This document shows positions 30,757-39,571 of a DNA stretch of 64,000 nt, piece by piece. The notes below the pieces were generated by a model, which worked only from the letters and a program-made list of their open reading frames with translations, did not search any database and was not told where the DNA came from. How positions within the stretch are numbered: the first letter of the stretch is position 1; every line of letters begins with the position of its first letter. Origin of the DNA: an uncultured Christensenella sp. (GTDB taxonomy: Bacteria; Bacillota; Clostridia; Christensenellales; UBA1242); NCBI GenBank assembly GCA_905207515.1, contig CAJLLK010000001.1, positions 12,782-76,781 on the forward strand. The letters are read 5' to 3'. A program made the position numbers and the translations under genes.

Positions 30757-30914
30757 GGCCGTAATCTCCTTTTTCTTATTTTATTTTTGTTTTTAAAAAC
30801 AAAAAATTGGTAGGACGCAAAAAGTTCTACCAATCACAAATCAAAAATTATTAAAATTTTTGACCACATCAAAACGAAATTCGATGGGTGAGAAGTGAAC
30901 TTCTGCTTTCTAAC
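30757..30914 (-). promoter_or_regulatory. infC leader (about 158 nt) with internal terminator-like hairpin; candidate L20-responsive attenuator
   Basis: Long 5' UTR between the promoter and the ATT start. Hairpin TTGGTAGaac-loop-gtcCTACCAA (30807-30833) followed on the minus strand by TTTTTTGTTTTT. Context matches the Bacillus L20 leader; I cannot verify the covariance model by eye. Confidence 0.4.
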
Positions 30915-30920
30915 GCTCTT

Positions 30921-30949
30921 ATTTTATCACAACAAAAAAAGCTTGTCAA
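30921..30949 (-). promoter_or_regulatory. infC-rpmI-rplT operon promoter
   Basis: Minus strand: TTGACA (30949-30944), 17 nt ending in TGa, TAAAAT (30926-30921). Confidence 0.65.
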
Positions 30950-31513
30950 TCATTTTTTAGATATTTTTTTCTTTTTCTTCTTTTTCTTTTTAAAAATTGA
31001 AAACGGAGAAGTTTCCAAAATTAGCCCTGTTTTCATGACAACAACATCGCAGTGCTCGACAGAATATCCTTTCATCACTGCTTTGCCGAAAATTGTTAGA
31101 CCTGCAATCAATGAGCTTATCAAACACGTGACAATAAAATATACGTTTGCGTCTTGAATGTTCATGTTCACAACCAAGCTGACGCCGCCCGCACCGCTCA
31201 AAATTCCGCAGATGTCGCCCACAACGTCACCACAAAACGAAGAAACTTTTTCGGTGTTTTCACAAAGCTTTACCGCAGTTTTATAGCCAATTTTGCCCGA
31301 ATATTTTTCAAGTTTTTCAAAATTTATTGAAGTGACCGCTACGCTTATCATGTCGAAAACGACGCTGACAACAATAAAAAAAACAATCACAAAAAGCGAC
31401 AAAAAAACAGGAAGTTTTGGAAACAAACTTTGCGAAAACATGCTGAAAATTATTGACAAGCAAATGGAGAGAATTAAAGTTCGAAATGCCCACATCAAAT
31501 TATTTTTTTTCAT
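30950..31513 (-). CDS. Membrane protein, weakly DUF21/CNNM-TM-like, with poly-lysine C-terminus
   Basis: 187 aa, four TM helices. The segment FDMISVAVTSINFEKLEKYSGKIGYKTAVKL resembles the DUF21 core (weak). Ends in a run of 9-10 Lys followed by ISKK. Confidence 0.5.
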   Translation of the reverse strand: MKKNNLMWAFRTLILSICLSIIFSMFSQSLFPKLPVFLSLFVIVFFIVVSVVFDMISVAVTSINFEKLEKYSGKIGYKTAVKLCENTEKVSSFCGDVVGDICGILSGAGGVSLVVNMNIQDANVYFIVTCLISSLIAGLTIFGKAVMKGYSVEHCDVVVMKTGLILETSPFSIFKKKKKKKKKISKK

Positions 31514-31518
31514 AGATT

Positions 31519-31524
31519 ATTATA
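31519..31524 (-). promoter_or_regulatory. -10 hexamer 5 nt upstream of the ATG of the 30950-31513 membrane protein gene (leaderless candidate)
   Basis: Minus strand: TATAAT (31524-31519), AATCT, ATG 31513. No SD and no convincing -35. Confidence 0.35.
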
Positions 31525-31560
31525 TTTTCCTGCAAAGAAAAATAGGACAAAGACAACAAA

Positions 31561-31586
31561 AAAATCCATGTTTCCATGGATTAATC
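31561..31586 (-). terminator. Terminator retained downstream of the epimerase relic
   Basis: Minus strand: ATCCATGgaaaCATGGATTTTTTTG. Confidence 0.65.
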
Positions 31587-31737
31587 AATTTTAAGTTTTT
31601 TGAAGTTGACAACTTCTGGTTTGTTTTCAATAAACCAATCGACAGCATCACAAATGCTTTCTTCAATGTTCACACAATTTTCTGACCATGACATTTCCGA
31701 TGTGGCTAGTGGCACCTGTGACAATAAATTGTTCCAT
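31580..31737 (-). pseudogene. Relic of an NAD-dependent epimerase/dehydratase gene (N-terminal Rossmann stub plus out-of-frame C-terminal stub)
   Basis: SD GGAG, then ATG 31737: MEQFIVTGATSHIGNVMVRKLCEH-stop (GxxGxxG). The +1 frame continues EESICDAVDWFIENKPEVVNFKKLKID-stop. Followed by the clean terminator ATCCATGgaaaCATGGATTTTTTT. Confidence 0.5.
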
Positions 31738-31784
31738 TAACATCTCCTTTTTATGATATTATGTTTAAAATCAAACAAGATATG

Positions 31785-33503
31785 TCAACTTTCAATCTCT
31801 GCGATTTCGTCATTTATCATAACTTTGAGTTCTGGAATGAGCTCACTGATTGGAATGAAAAGTTTTTCGCCCGTCTCTCTCATTGTGACTTCCGCTTCCG
31901 CATTTGCCATGGTTTTTGGACTGATAATCACACGAATTGGCACACCCATAAGTTCGCTGTCAGTCAGTTTAACGCCGACTGAAACGTTGCGGTCATCATA
32001 CAAGACCTCAATCCCAGCACTTTCCATTTTTTTGTAAAGCTCTTCGCTGACTGCTGAAACGTTTTCGTCGTCCATTCTAAGTGGACAGAAATGCACTTGC
32101 CATGGAGCGATTGTCATAGGCCAAATCAAGCCTTTTTCATCCGCTTTTTCTTCGATGATGCTTGCCAAACTTCTTCCAATGCCGATGCCATAGCAGCCCA
32201 TGATAGGCTCTTTCAAACTTCCATCTGGCATATGAATTTTCAATCCCATTGGTTTGGTATATTTTGTGCCAAGTTGGAAGATGTTTCCGATTTCGATTCC
32301 GCGTTTCAGGTTCAGCGGTTTATGACAAACTGGACACAAGTCGCCTTCTCTGACAAGTGAGATGTCGACAAATTCAGCAGGTTTGACATCTCTGGTTATG
32401 CTGACATTTTTGATGTGAAAATCTTTTTTGTTTGCACCAGTAACAAAATTTTCCAGCCCTTTCAAAGTTTCGTCAAAAAAGACAAAAGAATTTTCTGGCA
32501 GTTTCAAGTTTACACAACCAATGTTTCCAGCTGGCAGCCCAAATTTTCCCACTTCAACTGGATAGAGTTCGCTTTGCACCAATTTTTTGAGTTTAATTTC
32601 GTTCACATCACAATCGCCACGCAGAAAAGCCACAACAAGTTTTTCATCTTGCGTTTGATAACAAACCGCTTTTGCAGTGTGTTTTGCGTCAGTCTCCAAA
32701 AAAGCACAAACTTCTTCGATTGTGTGAGCGTTTCCTGTGAAAACTTCTTCCATTTCGGCAATTTTGTGGTCATTTTCTTCTTTGATAGATGTCGCCACTT
32801 CCATGTTGCTAGAATAGTTGCAAGAAGAGCAAATCACAAGTTTGTCTTCGCCCGCGTCCGTGACAGCCATAAATTCATCTGCAACTTTTCCACCCATCAT
32901 GCCAGTGTCGCTTTTGACCGAGATGAAATTTTTGAAACCAATGCGTTTGTAAATTCTCACGTAAGCATCATAGACTTTTTTGTAAAAACTTTCCAAATCT
33001 TCTTGGCTGGCGTGAAAAGAATATGCGTCTTTCATGGTGAACTCTCTCACTCTTATAAGCCCACCGCGTGGACGCGCTTCATCTCGATATTTTGTTTGAA
33101 TTTGATAAATCATAAAAGGCAGTTGGTCATAACTTTTCACAGTGTTTAAAGCCATGTGAACGGCTGCTTCTTCATGCGTCATGCCCAAAACCATGTCGTG
33201 ACCATTTCGGTCTTTAAAACGCAAAAGCTCTTCTTGAATGGAAGAATAACGCCCGCTCAGCTCCCAAAGTTCTCTTGGCATGACAACAGGAAACAAAACT
33301 TCTTGCCCGCCAAGTTTGTTCATTTCGTCTCTGATGATGTTTTGAATTTTAAGGCTGACCCTTTGCGCTGGTGGCAGCAGAGAAAAAATCCCCGTGCTGA
33401 CCTGTTTTATGTAGCCTGCACGCAAAAGCAAAACATGACTTTTTATTGTTGCTCCATTTGGCGCTTCTTTCAAGCGTTCGCCGACCAATTTGCTCAGTTT
33501 CAT
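31785..33503 (-). CDS. proS: Proline--tRNA ligase (bacterial type with editing insertion)
   Basis: 572 aa. Class II motifs (REFTMKDAYSF, GCYGIGIGR), an internal INS-like domain, and a C-terminal anticodon-binding domain. Confidence 0.95.
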   Translation of the reverse strand: MKLSKLVGERLKEAPNGATIKSHVLLLRAGYIKQVSTGIFSLLPPAQRVSLKIQNIIRDEMNKLGGQEVLFPVVMPRELWELSGRYSSIQEELLRFKDRNGHDMVLGMTHEEAAVHMALNTVKSYDQLPFMIYQIQTKYRDEARPRGGLIRVREFTMKDAYSFHASQEDLESFYKKVYDAYVRIYKRIGFKNFISVKSDTGMMGGKVADEFMAVTDAGEDKLVICSSCNYSSNMEVATSIKEENDHKIAEMEEVFTGNAHTIEEVCAFLETDAKHTAKAVCYQTQDEKLVVAFLRGDCDVNEIKLKKLVQSELYPVEVGKFGLPAGNIGCVNLKLPENSFVFFDETLKGLENFVTGANKKDFHIKNVSITRDVKPAEFVDISLVREGDLCPVCHKPLNLKRGIEIGNIFQLGTKYTKPMGLKIHMPDGSLKEPIMGCYGIGIGRSLASIIEEKADEKGLIWPMTIAPWQVHFCPLRMDDENVSAVSEELYKKMESAGIEVLYDDRNVSVGVKLTDSELMGVPIRVIISPKTMANAEAEVTMRETGEKLFIPISELIPELKVMINDEIAEIES

Positions 33504-33703
33504 ATTTCCTCCTCAACGCTCTCGTCCAAATCTTTTTTGATTTGATAAAGTTTTCCAGTTGCCTTTGAAAGTTCTTCTTGCGCAAATTTTGCCAAAAAAT
33601 TTGCCCTTTCAAAAAGCTCCTGCGCTTTTGCAAGTGGAAGCTGTTCTTTTTCTAAGCGTTCGATGATTTGCTCCAATTCTTTGATTGCGTCTTCGTAATT
33701 CAT
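33500..33703 (-). CDS. xseB: Exodeoxyribonuclease VII small subunit
   Basis: 67 aa, YEDAIKELEQIIERLE; overlaps xseA by 4 nt. Confidence 0.9.
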   Translation of the reverse strand: MNYEDAIKELEQIIERLEKEQLPLAKAQELFERANFLAKFAQEELSKATGKLYQIKKDLDESVEEEI

Positions 33704-34884
33704 TTTTCACTCCTGACTGGTTTTGTGGTCAATTTCCCGTCCACAAAGTTGATTTCAACATTTTCGTTTAAGTTGACTGACGAAAGTTGGTTTATCACCT
33801 TGCCATTTTGTTCTATTTTAGCATAACCCAGTGCCAAAATGTCAAGCGGATTTAGTTTTTTTAGCGTGGCAAGTTTGAGATTGAGTGAATATTCTTTCTC
33901 CAGCACAAAAGCGTTGATTTTGCTGGAAAGAAATTCGCGAATTTTTTCAAGTTTGAGCTGTTTTTCTCTTACAAAGTTTTCTGCCAGAAAAAGCAAATTC
34001 TTTTTGTCGCGGTCAAAAGCAAAATTTTTCTCTGAAACATAACTTTCAAGAAGCCTTGACAGACGAGAAACTTCTCTCTTGAAGCCCATAAGCTGAACTT
34101 GATTGTCTCTGGTCAAAAGTTCGGCTGCGGCACTTGGTGTCGGTGCTCTAAGGTCTGAAACAAAGTCGATGATTGTGAAATCGGTTTCATGTCCGACCGC
34201 AGAAACGATTGGTTTTTGACAGTCATAAGTTGCTCGAGCCACAAGCTCGGTGTTGTAAGCCGACAAATCTTCCAAACTGCCGCCACCGCGCGCAACAATG
34301 ACCACATCCACATTTGGATAGGTCGAAAAAAATTTGATTCCGTTTGCAATTTCTTTTTCGGCGTCTTTGCCCTGAACTTTTGTGTCGTAAAGCACGATGT
34401 CAATCGCTTTGTTTCGACGCCAAGTTACGTTTTTGATGTCTTGCAAAACCGCCCCTTCTTTTGATGTGACCACACCAATTCTTTTGATAGAAAGTGGCAT
34501 TGTTTTTTTGTGTTCGGCGTCAAACAAGCCTTCTTTGGAAAGCTTTTCTTTCAAAAGCAAAAAGTTTTGATAAAGCGCACCTTGCCCATAAGGTTCAACT
34601 TTCGAAACAACAAAATTGAAGCGGCCACTTTTGGCGTAAAAATTTGGTGAACCTGTGAAGACACAAGAAGAGCCCTCTTCAACATCTTTCAAAATTTCGG
34701 TGTTGAAACAAACGCATGGCAGCGAGCTTTCATCGTCTTTTATTGAAAAATAAGTCGCCGTTTTTGAATAAGACATGCCAAAAACTTCTCCAACAATTTG
34801 AATGTTATGGAGAAGTTCTTCTGCATTAAAGATATCTCTAATGATGCAATTAAATTTTGTTACAGTCAGCGTCTGTCTGGTCAT
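33700..34884 (-). CDS. xseA: Exodeoxyribonuclease VII large subunit
   Basis: N-terminal OB fold (VTKFNCIIRDIF...QIVGEV), IGVVTSKEGAVLQD, ARGGGSLEDL. Confidence 0.92.
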   Translation of the reverse strand: MTRQTLTVTKFNCIIRDIFNAEELLHNIQIVGEVFGMSYSKTATYFSIKDDESSLPCVCFNTEILKDVEEGSSCVFTGSPNFYAKSGRFNFVVSKVEPYGQGALYQNFLLLKEKLSKEGLFDAEHKKTMPLSIKRIGVVTSKEGAVLQDIKNVTWRRNKAIDIVLYDTKVQGKDAEKEIANGIKFFSTYPNVDVVIVARGGGSLEDLSAYNTELVARATYDCQKPIVSAVGHETDFTIIDFVSDLRAPTPSAAAELLTRDNQVQLMGFKREVSRLSRLLESYVSEKNFAFDRDKKNLLFLAENFVREKQLKLEKIREFLSSKINAFVLEKEYSLNLKLATLKKLNPLDILALGYAKIEQNGKVINQLSSVNLNENVEINFVDGKLTTKPVRSEK

Positions 34885-35268
34885 CTATTCATTTATTATG
34901 GCAGAAACAATTCCGTTTATAAATCGAGAAGATTTTTCGGTGCTATATTTTTTGGCAAGTTCCAAGCTTTCGTTGATTGCCACCGCTTTTGGAGAACCGC
35001 AAAATTCAATTTCCGTCAGTGCAAGATAAATCAAAGCCAAATCAATCTTGAAAAGTCTGTCATATTCAAAATTTTTGAGATGTTTTTCAATTTGTTCTTT
35101 CAAGGTCTCTTTGTTTGCTTCAAAAGAAGAAAGAATGCTTTCAAAAAACTGTTTGTCTTCTTCTTTTTTAAGCTCAATCAAATTGTCTTTTGAAAGCTCT
35201 TTGTCAAAGTCATGAAAAAGGCTTTCAAAAATCAGCTTAAAAGCGTTTTCGCGTGCGTCTTTACGCAT
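34885..35268 (-). CDS. nusB: Transcription antitermination factor NusB (start refined to ATG 35268)
   Basis: MRKDARENAFKLIFE N-terminus, ELAKKYSTEKSSRFINGIV C-terminal region. Confidence 0.85.
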   Translation of the reverse strand: MRKDARENAFKLIFESLFHDFDKELSKDNLIELKKEEDKQFFESILSSFEANKETLKEQIEKHLKNFEYDRLFKIDLALIYLALTEIEFCGSPKAVAINESLELAKKYSTEKSSRFINGIVSAIINE

Positions 35269-35632
35269 TTTCCACCACCTCTTTGTCGCACTCAACATTG
35301 ATGACGTGAACATTGATTTTGAGTGGCTTCAAAGCAACCATTGTCGCCAGAGAATTTCTTATGTTTTCCTGAACTCTGTAAGCAATGTCAGGCACACTGA
35401 AACCTATGAAAACATTGATAAAAACATCCACTGTCAGAGCGCCATTTTTTTCAAATTTGATTTCCACGCCGTCGTCATAGCGATTGAAAAGTTTTTTATA
35501 CCATGGTCGAGCCGAATTTGTCACGCTCTCAACGCCGCTGATTTCTTTTGCAGCCAAGTTGATGATTGAAACAAGAATTTTTCTATCCAGCGTTATCTTG
35601 CCATTGTTTTTTTCTTGATTTTTTGTTGCCAT
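35261..35632 (-). CDS. Asp23/Gls24 family envelope stress protein (start refined to ATG 35632)
   Basis: KITLDRKILVSIINLAAKEISGV... SD AAGGAGA before ATG 35632. Same position as yqhY in the Bacillus spoIIIA-nusB region. Confidence 0.85.
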   Translation of the reverse strand: MATKNQEKNNGKITLDRKILVSIINLAAKEISGVESVTNSARPWYKKLFNRYDDGVEIKFEKNGALTVDVFINVFIGFSVPDIAYRVQENIRNSLATMVALKPLKINVHVINVECDKEVVENA

Positions 35633-35691
35633 AATTGTCTCCTTGTGTTTCTTTAAAGACATTTTATCACAAGTTGATAAACATTTGCAAA

Positions 35692-36159
35692 TTATTCTGC
35701 TGGAATTATCACAATATTTCTAAGTTCTGTGCCAAGTTGTTCCATAACTGTTGTCGAAATTTGTGCAACTTCATTTTCTGTGAGGGTTGTGCCTTTCACA
35801 ACAACGTTGACTTTTGTGTCAGAAATTGAAATCACACAGTCAGCAAACCCTTGCGCCTTGATAAGCCCTTCAACAGCAAGTTCTTTTTCCATCATTGAAA
35901 TGAGTTCAAGTTTTGCCTCTTCTGCTGCAGCAATGGCAGCTTCGGTTGAAGATGCGCTGTCGATGATGGCATCATAATACAAAATTTCTTGGTCACGTGT
36001 GCTTTCTCTGTCGTTGCGATAAGATGTGAAATAGCTTGTTGTGGTCACATTGGTGTTGGTTTCTTTGACAGAATTGTTTAAAACGATGTTCAAATAGCCT
36101 GTCACTCCCAAAAGCACCACCATAAGTGAAAGAATGATAATTTTTGTTCTTTTTTTCAT
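35692..36159 (-). CDS. spoIIIAH: Stage III sporulation protein AH
   Basis: Last gene of the 8-gene operon. N-terminal TM helix followed by a YscJ/FliF-like soluble domain, size 155 aa. Confidence 0.8.
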   Translation of the reverse strand: MKKRTKIIILSLMVVLLGVTGYLNIVLNNSVKETNTNVTTTSYFTSYRNDRESTRDQEILYYDAIIDSASSTEAAIAAAEEAKLELISMMEKELAVEGLIKAQGFADCVISISDTKVNVVVKGTTLTENEVAQISTTVMEQLGTELRNIVIIPAE

Positions 36160-36186
36160 TTTAAAACTCCTTTTTTTGTTTAATTT

Positions 36187-36705
36187 TTAAGCCAAAACTG
36201 TGATGTTGTTTCTATCGACTTCCAAAACTGTTTCAACAGCGGTCAGAATGTTCATTTTGATGCTAAAATCTTTTGCCCCGTCTGCAACAATCACCACCCC
36301 CTTTACTTTTGGATAAATTTTTTTTACAATCACTGGTTCGTTTGAAACCAAAATAACTGTCTCTGTTGTGATTGTATTTTCTGTGCCACCTGCTGAAGAA
36401 GTCGTTGTTTCTGTATCAGTGGCATATTCGTAAGAAAAGCCACTTTCCAAGGTTATAACCACGCTGACGTTGCCGACATTTGAAATCTTGGACAATACAT
36501 TACATAACTTATTCTCAAGCATGTCCACATATTCCTCTTCAGAAGAATATTCTTCTGTCGAAGTTTCGTTTGAATTGTCAGTTTTTGGCTGATAAACAAA
36601 CATAAAATAAACCGCACACACAACAAGCCCAATCAAAACCGCCAAAATGATTTCATAATGCTTTATTGATTTGAATTTGTCCCAAAAATTTTTAAGCTTG
36701 CTCAT
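36187..36705 (-). CDS. spoIIIAG: Stage III sporulation protein AG (start refined to ATG 36705)
   Basis: TM helix, acidic linker, C-terminal VKGVVIVADGA...ILTAVETVLEV motif typical of SpoIIIAG. Confidence 0.85.
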   Translation of the reverse strand: MSKLKNFWDKFKSIKHYEIILAVLIGLVVCAVYFMFVYQPKTDNSNETSTEEYSSEEEYVDMLENKLCNVLSKISNVGNVSVVITLESGFSYEYATDTETTTSSAGGTENTITTETVILVSNEPVIVKKIYPKVKGVVIVADGAKDFSIKMNILTAVETVLEVDRNNITVLA

Positions 36706-37192
36706 TGAATTGCACCTCCACATCACTTAACATTGAATTTTCTGAAATGATTTCTTTTATTTTTTGTTTTGCACTCACGATATTTTTACTTTCGAAATTT
36801 TCGCCATATTCAAGTTCGCATAAATCGACATAAATGCTGAAAATTTCCAATTTTTCACTCAGGATATTGGCGTTTATCGACACAACAACATTCTTCAGCC
36901 CAACTTCTTCAATCTCTTTCGACAAATCATCACTTAGCGCTGTCAATTTGTCTAAATTCACTTGATAAAGATAATCTTCTTGCAAAACATTTTCTGTTCC
37001 AAAAAATTTGGAAATGTCAAAATCTTTGCCGAAGAGTTTTGGAAGTGGCATGATGATGACCAGCAAAATCACAAATGAAAAAATGACCTTTGTGTATTTG
37101 TTCATCTGCCCTTCAGGCAAAACAAATTCTGCCAAAACGCTCAGAAGAATGACGCCTGTTATCGAAAGCAGCCACGCAGAAACAGCACCCAT
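36692..37192 (-). CDS. spoIIIAF: Stage III sporulation protein AF
   Basis: Two N-terminal TM helices plus a soluble domain; operon position and size (166 aa). Confidence 0.8.
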   Translation of the reverse strand: MGAVSAWLLSITGVILLSVLAEFVLPEGQMNKYTKVIFSFVILLVIIMPLPKLFGKDFDISKFFGTENVLQEDYLYQVNLDKLTALSDDLSKEIEEVGLKNVVVSINANILSEKLEIFSIYVDLCELEYGENFESKNIVSAKQKIKEIISENSMLSDVEVQFNEQA

Positions 37193-37202
37193 AAAAATCT
37201 CC

Positions 37203-38453
37203 TTAAATCACCAAATTTGCACTGCACATGACAAGCCCTGTCAGCACGAGATACATAAACGAAACCGCCACCAGAAGTGCCACAAGCATCGACAAACTTT
37301 TTGACATGTCACTGATGAAGTTGGCAATTTTTTTGTCACCGATTGGTTCAATCAAACCCGCCATAAATTTTAAAAGCAACACAAACACGACCAAATTTAT
37401 CACAGGAGAAAGGACAGTGGAAAGAAGAAGAAAAAGCCCCACACCGCCAACGGCATTTTTGATGAGCATGCTGCTTGCCATGATGATGGAAAGCCCATCA
37501 GAAACATAGCCGCCCACAATCGGGATATAACTTTTTATGGCATATTTGGCGGTTCTGATTGAAAGTCCGTCAAAAGCTCCAGCCATGATGCCTTGAATGC
37601 TGAAAAAGCCCAAAAAAATTGTGAAACATAGCCCGATTGTCCATTTGAAAGTGCCTTGCAAAAACGAAACAAACTTGTCGAGCTTGACATTGTTTGAAAG
37701 ATTTCCAACGAGAGAAAAAACAATGGAAAAGATGAACAGCGGAAGCAAAATATAAGTGATGAGCGAAACAATCAAGTTGCTCAAAAGTGCAATGGCTGGC
37801 TGATAAATTGAAACGGAAACGGTTCCGCCTATTGCCGTGAGAAGTGTGAGCAGAATCGGAAAAATTTGGTCAAACAAATTTTTTATTGTTGTCAGAGTGG
37901 TTGAGGTTGTGCTTATGATTTGCACCAGCGTTGTGCCAAGAAAAATTATGACGACGCCGTAAGTGACAAAGTGAATGATGTTTCCCACCGATTTTCCGTT
38001 TGTGGCAGGCTTGAGATTTGAAATCATTCCGCCCAAAATGGCTATGGAAATGATGCTTGCCATGATGGGTAGAAAGTTTTTCAGACCTTTCCAAAAAATG
38101 GACGTCACCGCCGAGAAGAAACTTTCAGAGCTGTCAGCATATTCTCCAGAAATGACGCTGTTGACCTTATCTAAAAACGAACCCGACGAAAACAACTCTT
38201 TGGCATCTTCAGAAATTCCGCTCAAAATGTTTTCAATTGAGCTGAAATCAAGATTGGAAAGTTGTTTGTCGACTTCTTCTGTAAGTTGCTCTTCAAGTTC
38301 TTGTGCTTCTTCGCTTTCGGCATAAGCAACATCTGGAAAAAATTGAAAACCACGCGTTATATCAAATTTGCCATAAAAACAAGAGACAAAAATAAACAAA
38401 ATCAAAAGATAGACGCTCAGTTTGGGCTTTTTGAGCTTTTTAAACTTTTTCAT
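37203..38453 (-). CDS. spoIIIAE: Stage III sporulation protein AE
   Basis: 416 aa polytopic membrane protein with signal sequence; operon position. Confidence 0.88.
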   Translation of the reverse strand: MKKFKKLKKPKLSVYLLILFIFVSCFYGKFDITRGFQFFPDVAYAESEEAQELEEQLTEEVDKQLSNLDFSSIENILSGISEDAKELFSSGSFLDKVNSVISGEYADSSESFFSAVTSIFWKGLKNFLPIMASIISIAILGGMISNLKPATNGKSVGNIIHFVTYGVVIIFLGTTLVQIISTTSTTLTTIKNLFDQIFPILLTLLTAIGGTVSVSIYQPAIALLSNLIVSLITYILLPLFIFSIVFSLVGNLSNNVKLDKFVSFLQGTFKWTIGLCFTIFLGFFSIQGIMAGAFDGLSIRTAKYAIKSYIPIVGGYVSDGLSIIMASSMLIKNAVGGVGLFLLLSTVLSPVINLVVFVLLLKFMAGLIEPIGDKKIANFISDMSKSLSMLVALLVAVSFMYLVLTGLVMCSANLVI

Positions 38454-38848
38454 TGCGGCAGAAGCTCCATGACAATGTCAAGAATGCTGGTCACAATCGG
38501 AAGTGCCATAACCAAAATGATGATTTTTCCGCCCAACAGGACTTTGTCGCCCAAACTTGAATTTCCTGTGTCGTTGCAGATGCTGGCAGTGAACTCTGTC
38601 AGATAACCTATTCCAATAATTTTAAAAATGACTGAATAAAGCGAGCCGTTCACGCCCGAAACTTGAAAGATGTTGTTGAAGATGTCAAAAATGTTTGTTA
38701 GATATGACAACATGTAAAAAATGATGATAATTCCGCCCACTATGGAAATGAAAATTGCAAAGTCGGGTCGGATAGGTTTGACTATCATACAGGCAATGCA
38801 AGTGATAAGTGCTATGCTGATGATTTTATAAAGCGTATCCATAGCCAA
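38450..38848 (-). CDS. spoIIIAD: Stage III sporulation protein AD
   Basis: 132 aa, four TM helices; operon position; 4-nt overlap with AE. Confidence 0.88.
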   Translation of the reverse strand: MAMDTLYKIISIALITCIACMIVKPIRPDFAIFISIVGGIIIIFYMLSYLTNIFDIFNNIFQVSGVNGSLYSVIFKIIGIGYLTEFTASICNDTGNSSLGDKVLLGGKIIILVMALPIVTSILDIVMELLPQ

Positions 38849-38860
38849 CTCCTTTTTACG

Positions 38861-39055
38861 CTAAAAATTGAAGATTGTTCTGATTGTGGAAAAAAGTTCA
38901 CTTATCATGCCAAGCACCATAAAAAGCACAATCACCACACCTGCCAGTGTTGCCAAAGTGGAAATGTCGTCCTTGCCGCTGTTTTTCAAAATCTGACCAA
39001 TCACAGCCGTCAAAATTCCGATGGCGGCAATTTTGAAAATGATATCAACATCCAT
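38861..39055 (-). CDS. spoIIIAC: Stage III sporulation protein AC
   Basis: 64 aa, two TM helices, IFKIAAIGILTAVIGQILK. Confidence 0.88.
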   Translation of the reverse strand: MDVDIIFKIAAIGILTAVIGQILKNSGKDDISTLATLAGVVIVLFMVLGMISELFSTIRTIFNF

Positions 39056-39067
39056 AGCACGCTCCTT

Positions 39068-39562
39068 TTAAAACATGATAACTGCCCAAAACAGCCCAGC
39101 AACCACTCCCAGTTTCCAAGACAGTGCGCCATATTTTTTTTGTTCGGTGTCGCACTTTGTTTTAAACTCGTTGAAGCGCGCGATAAAACTTTGAATTTCT
39201 TTTGTTTGATTTTCCACGTCACTTCTCCCCAAAGTTTTGAAGAAAAGCAAAATAAAATCTTTTTCTTCTGCTTTCAAAATATCCGCTTTTTTGAAAAGTG
39301 TTTCGTTTGAAAGTTCGCATTTCTTGTCTAAAAACTCAATAAAATTTGCGTCAATGCCGAGCAGATTTTTTTTGTTTGAAGCGTCAAAATTTTCCAAAAG
39401 AACTTTCAATCTTTCTCGTGAGAAATTTATCTCAAGCGCGAGCTTGTCTGCAAGAGCAATCAGACTTTCAAAAAAACGCTTTCGTCTGGTGTATTTGTTT
39501 GAAAACAGAATTCCTACAAATACGCAAAGGCAAAAAACAACAACAATCAAAACATATTTCAT
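39068..39562 (-). CDS. spoIIIAB: Stage III sporulation protein AB
   Basis: 164 aa, N- and C-terminal TM helices flanking a helical domain; operon position. Confidence 0.85.
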   Translation of the reverse strand: MKYVLIVVVFCLCVFVGILFSNKYTRRKRFFESLIALADKLALEINFSRERLKVLLENFDASNKKNLLGIDANFIEFLDKKCELSNETLFKKADILKAEEKDFILLFFKTLGRSDVENQTKEIQSFIARFNEFKTKCDTEQKKYGALSWKLGVVAGLFWAVIMF

Positions 39563-39571
39563 AAAAACTCC

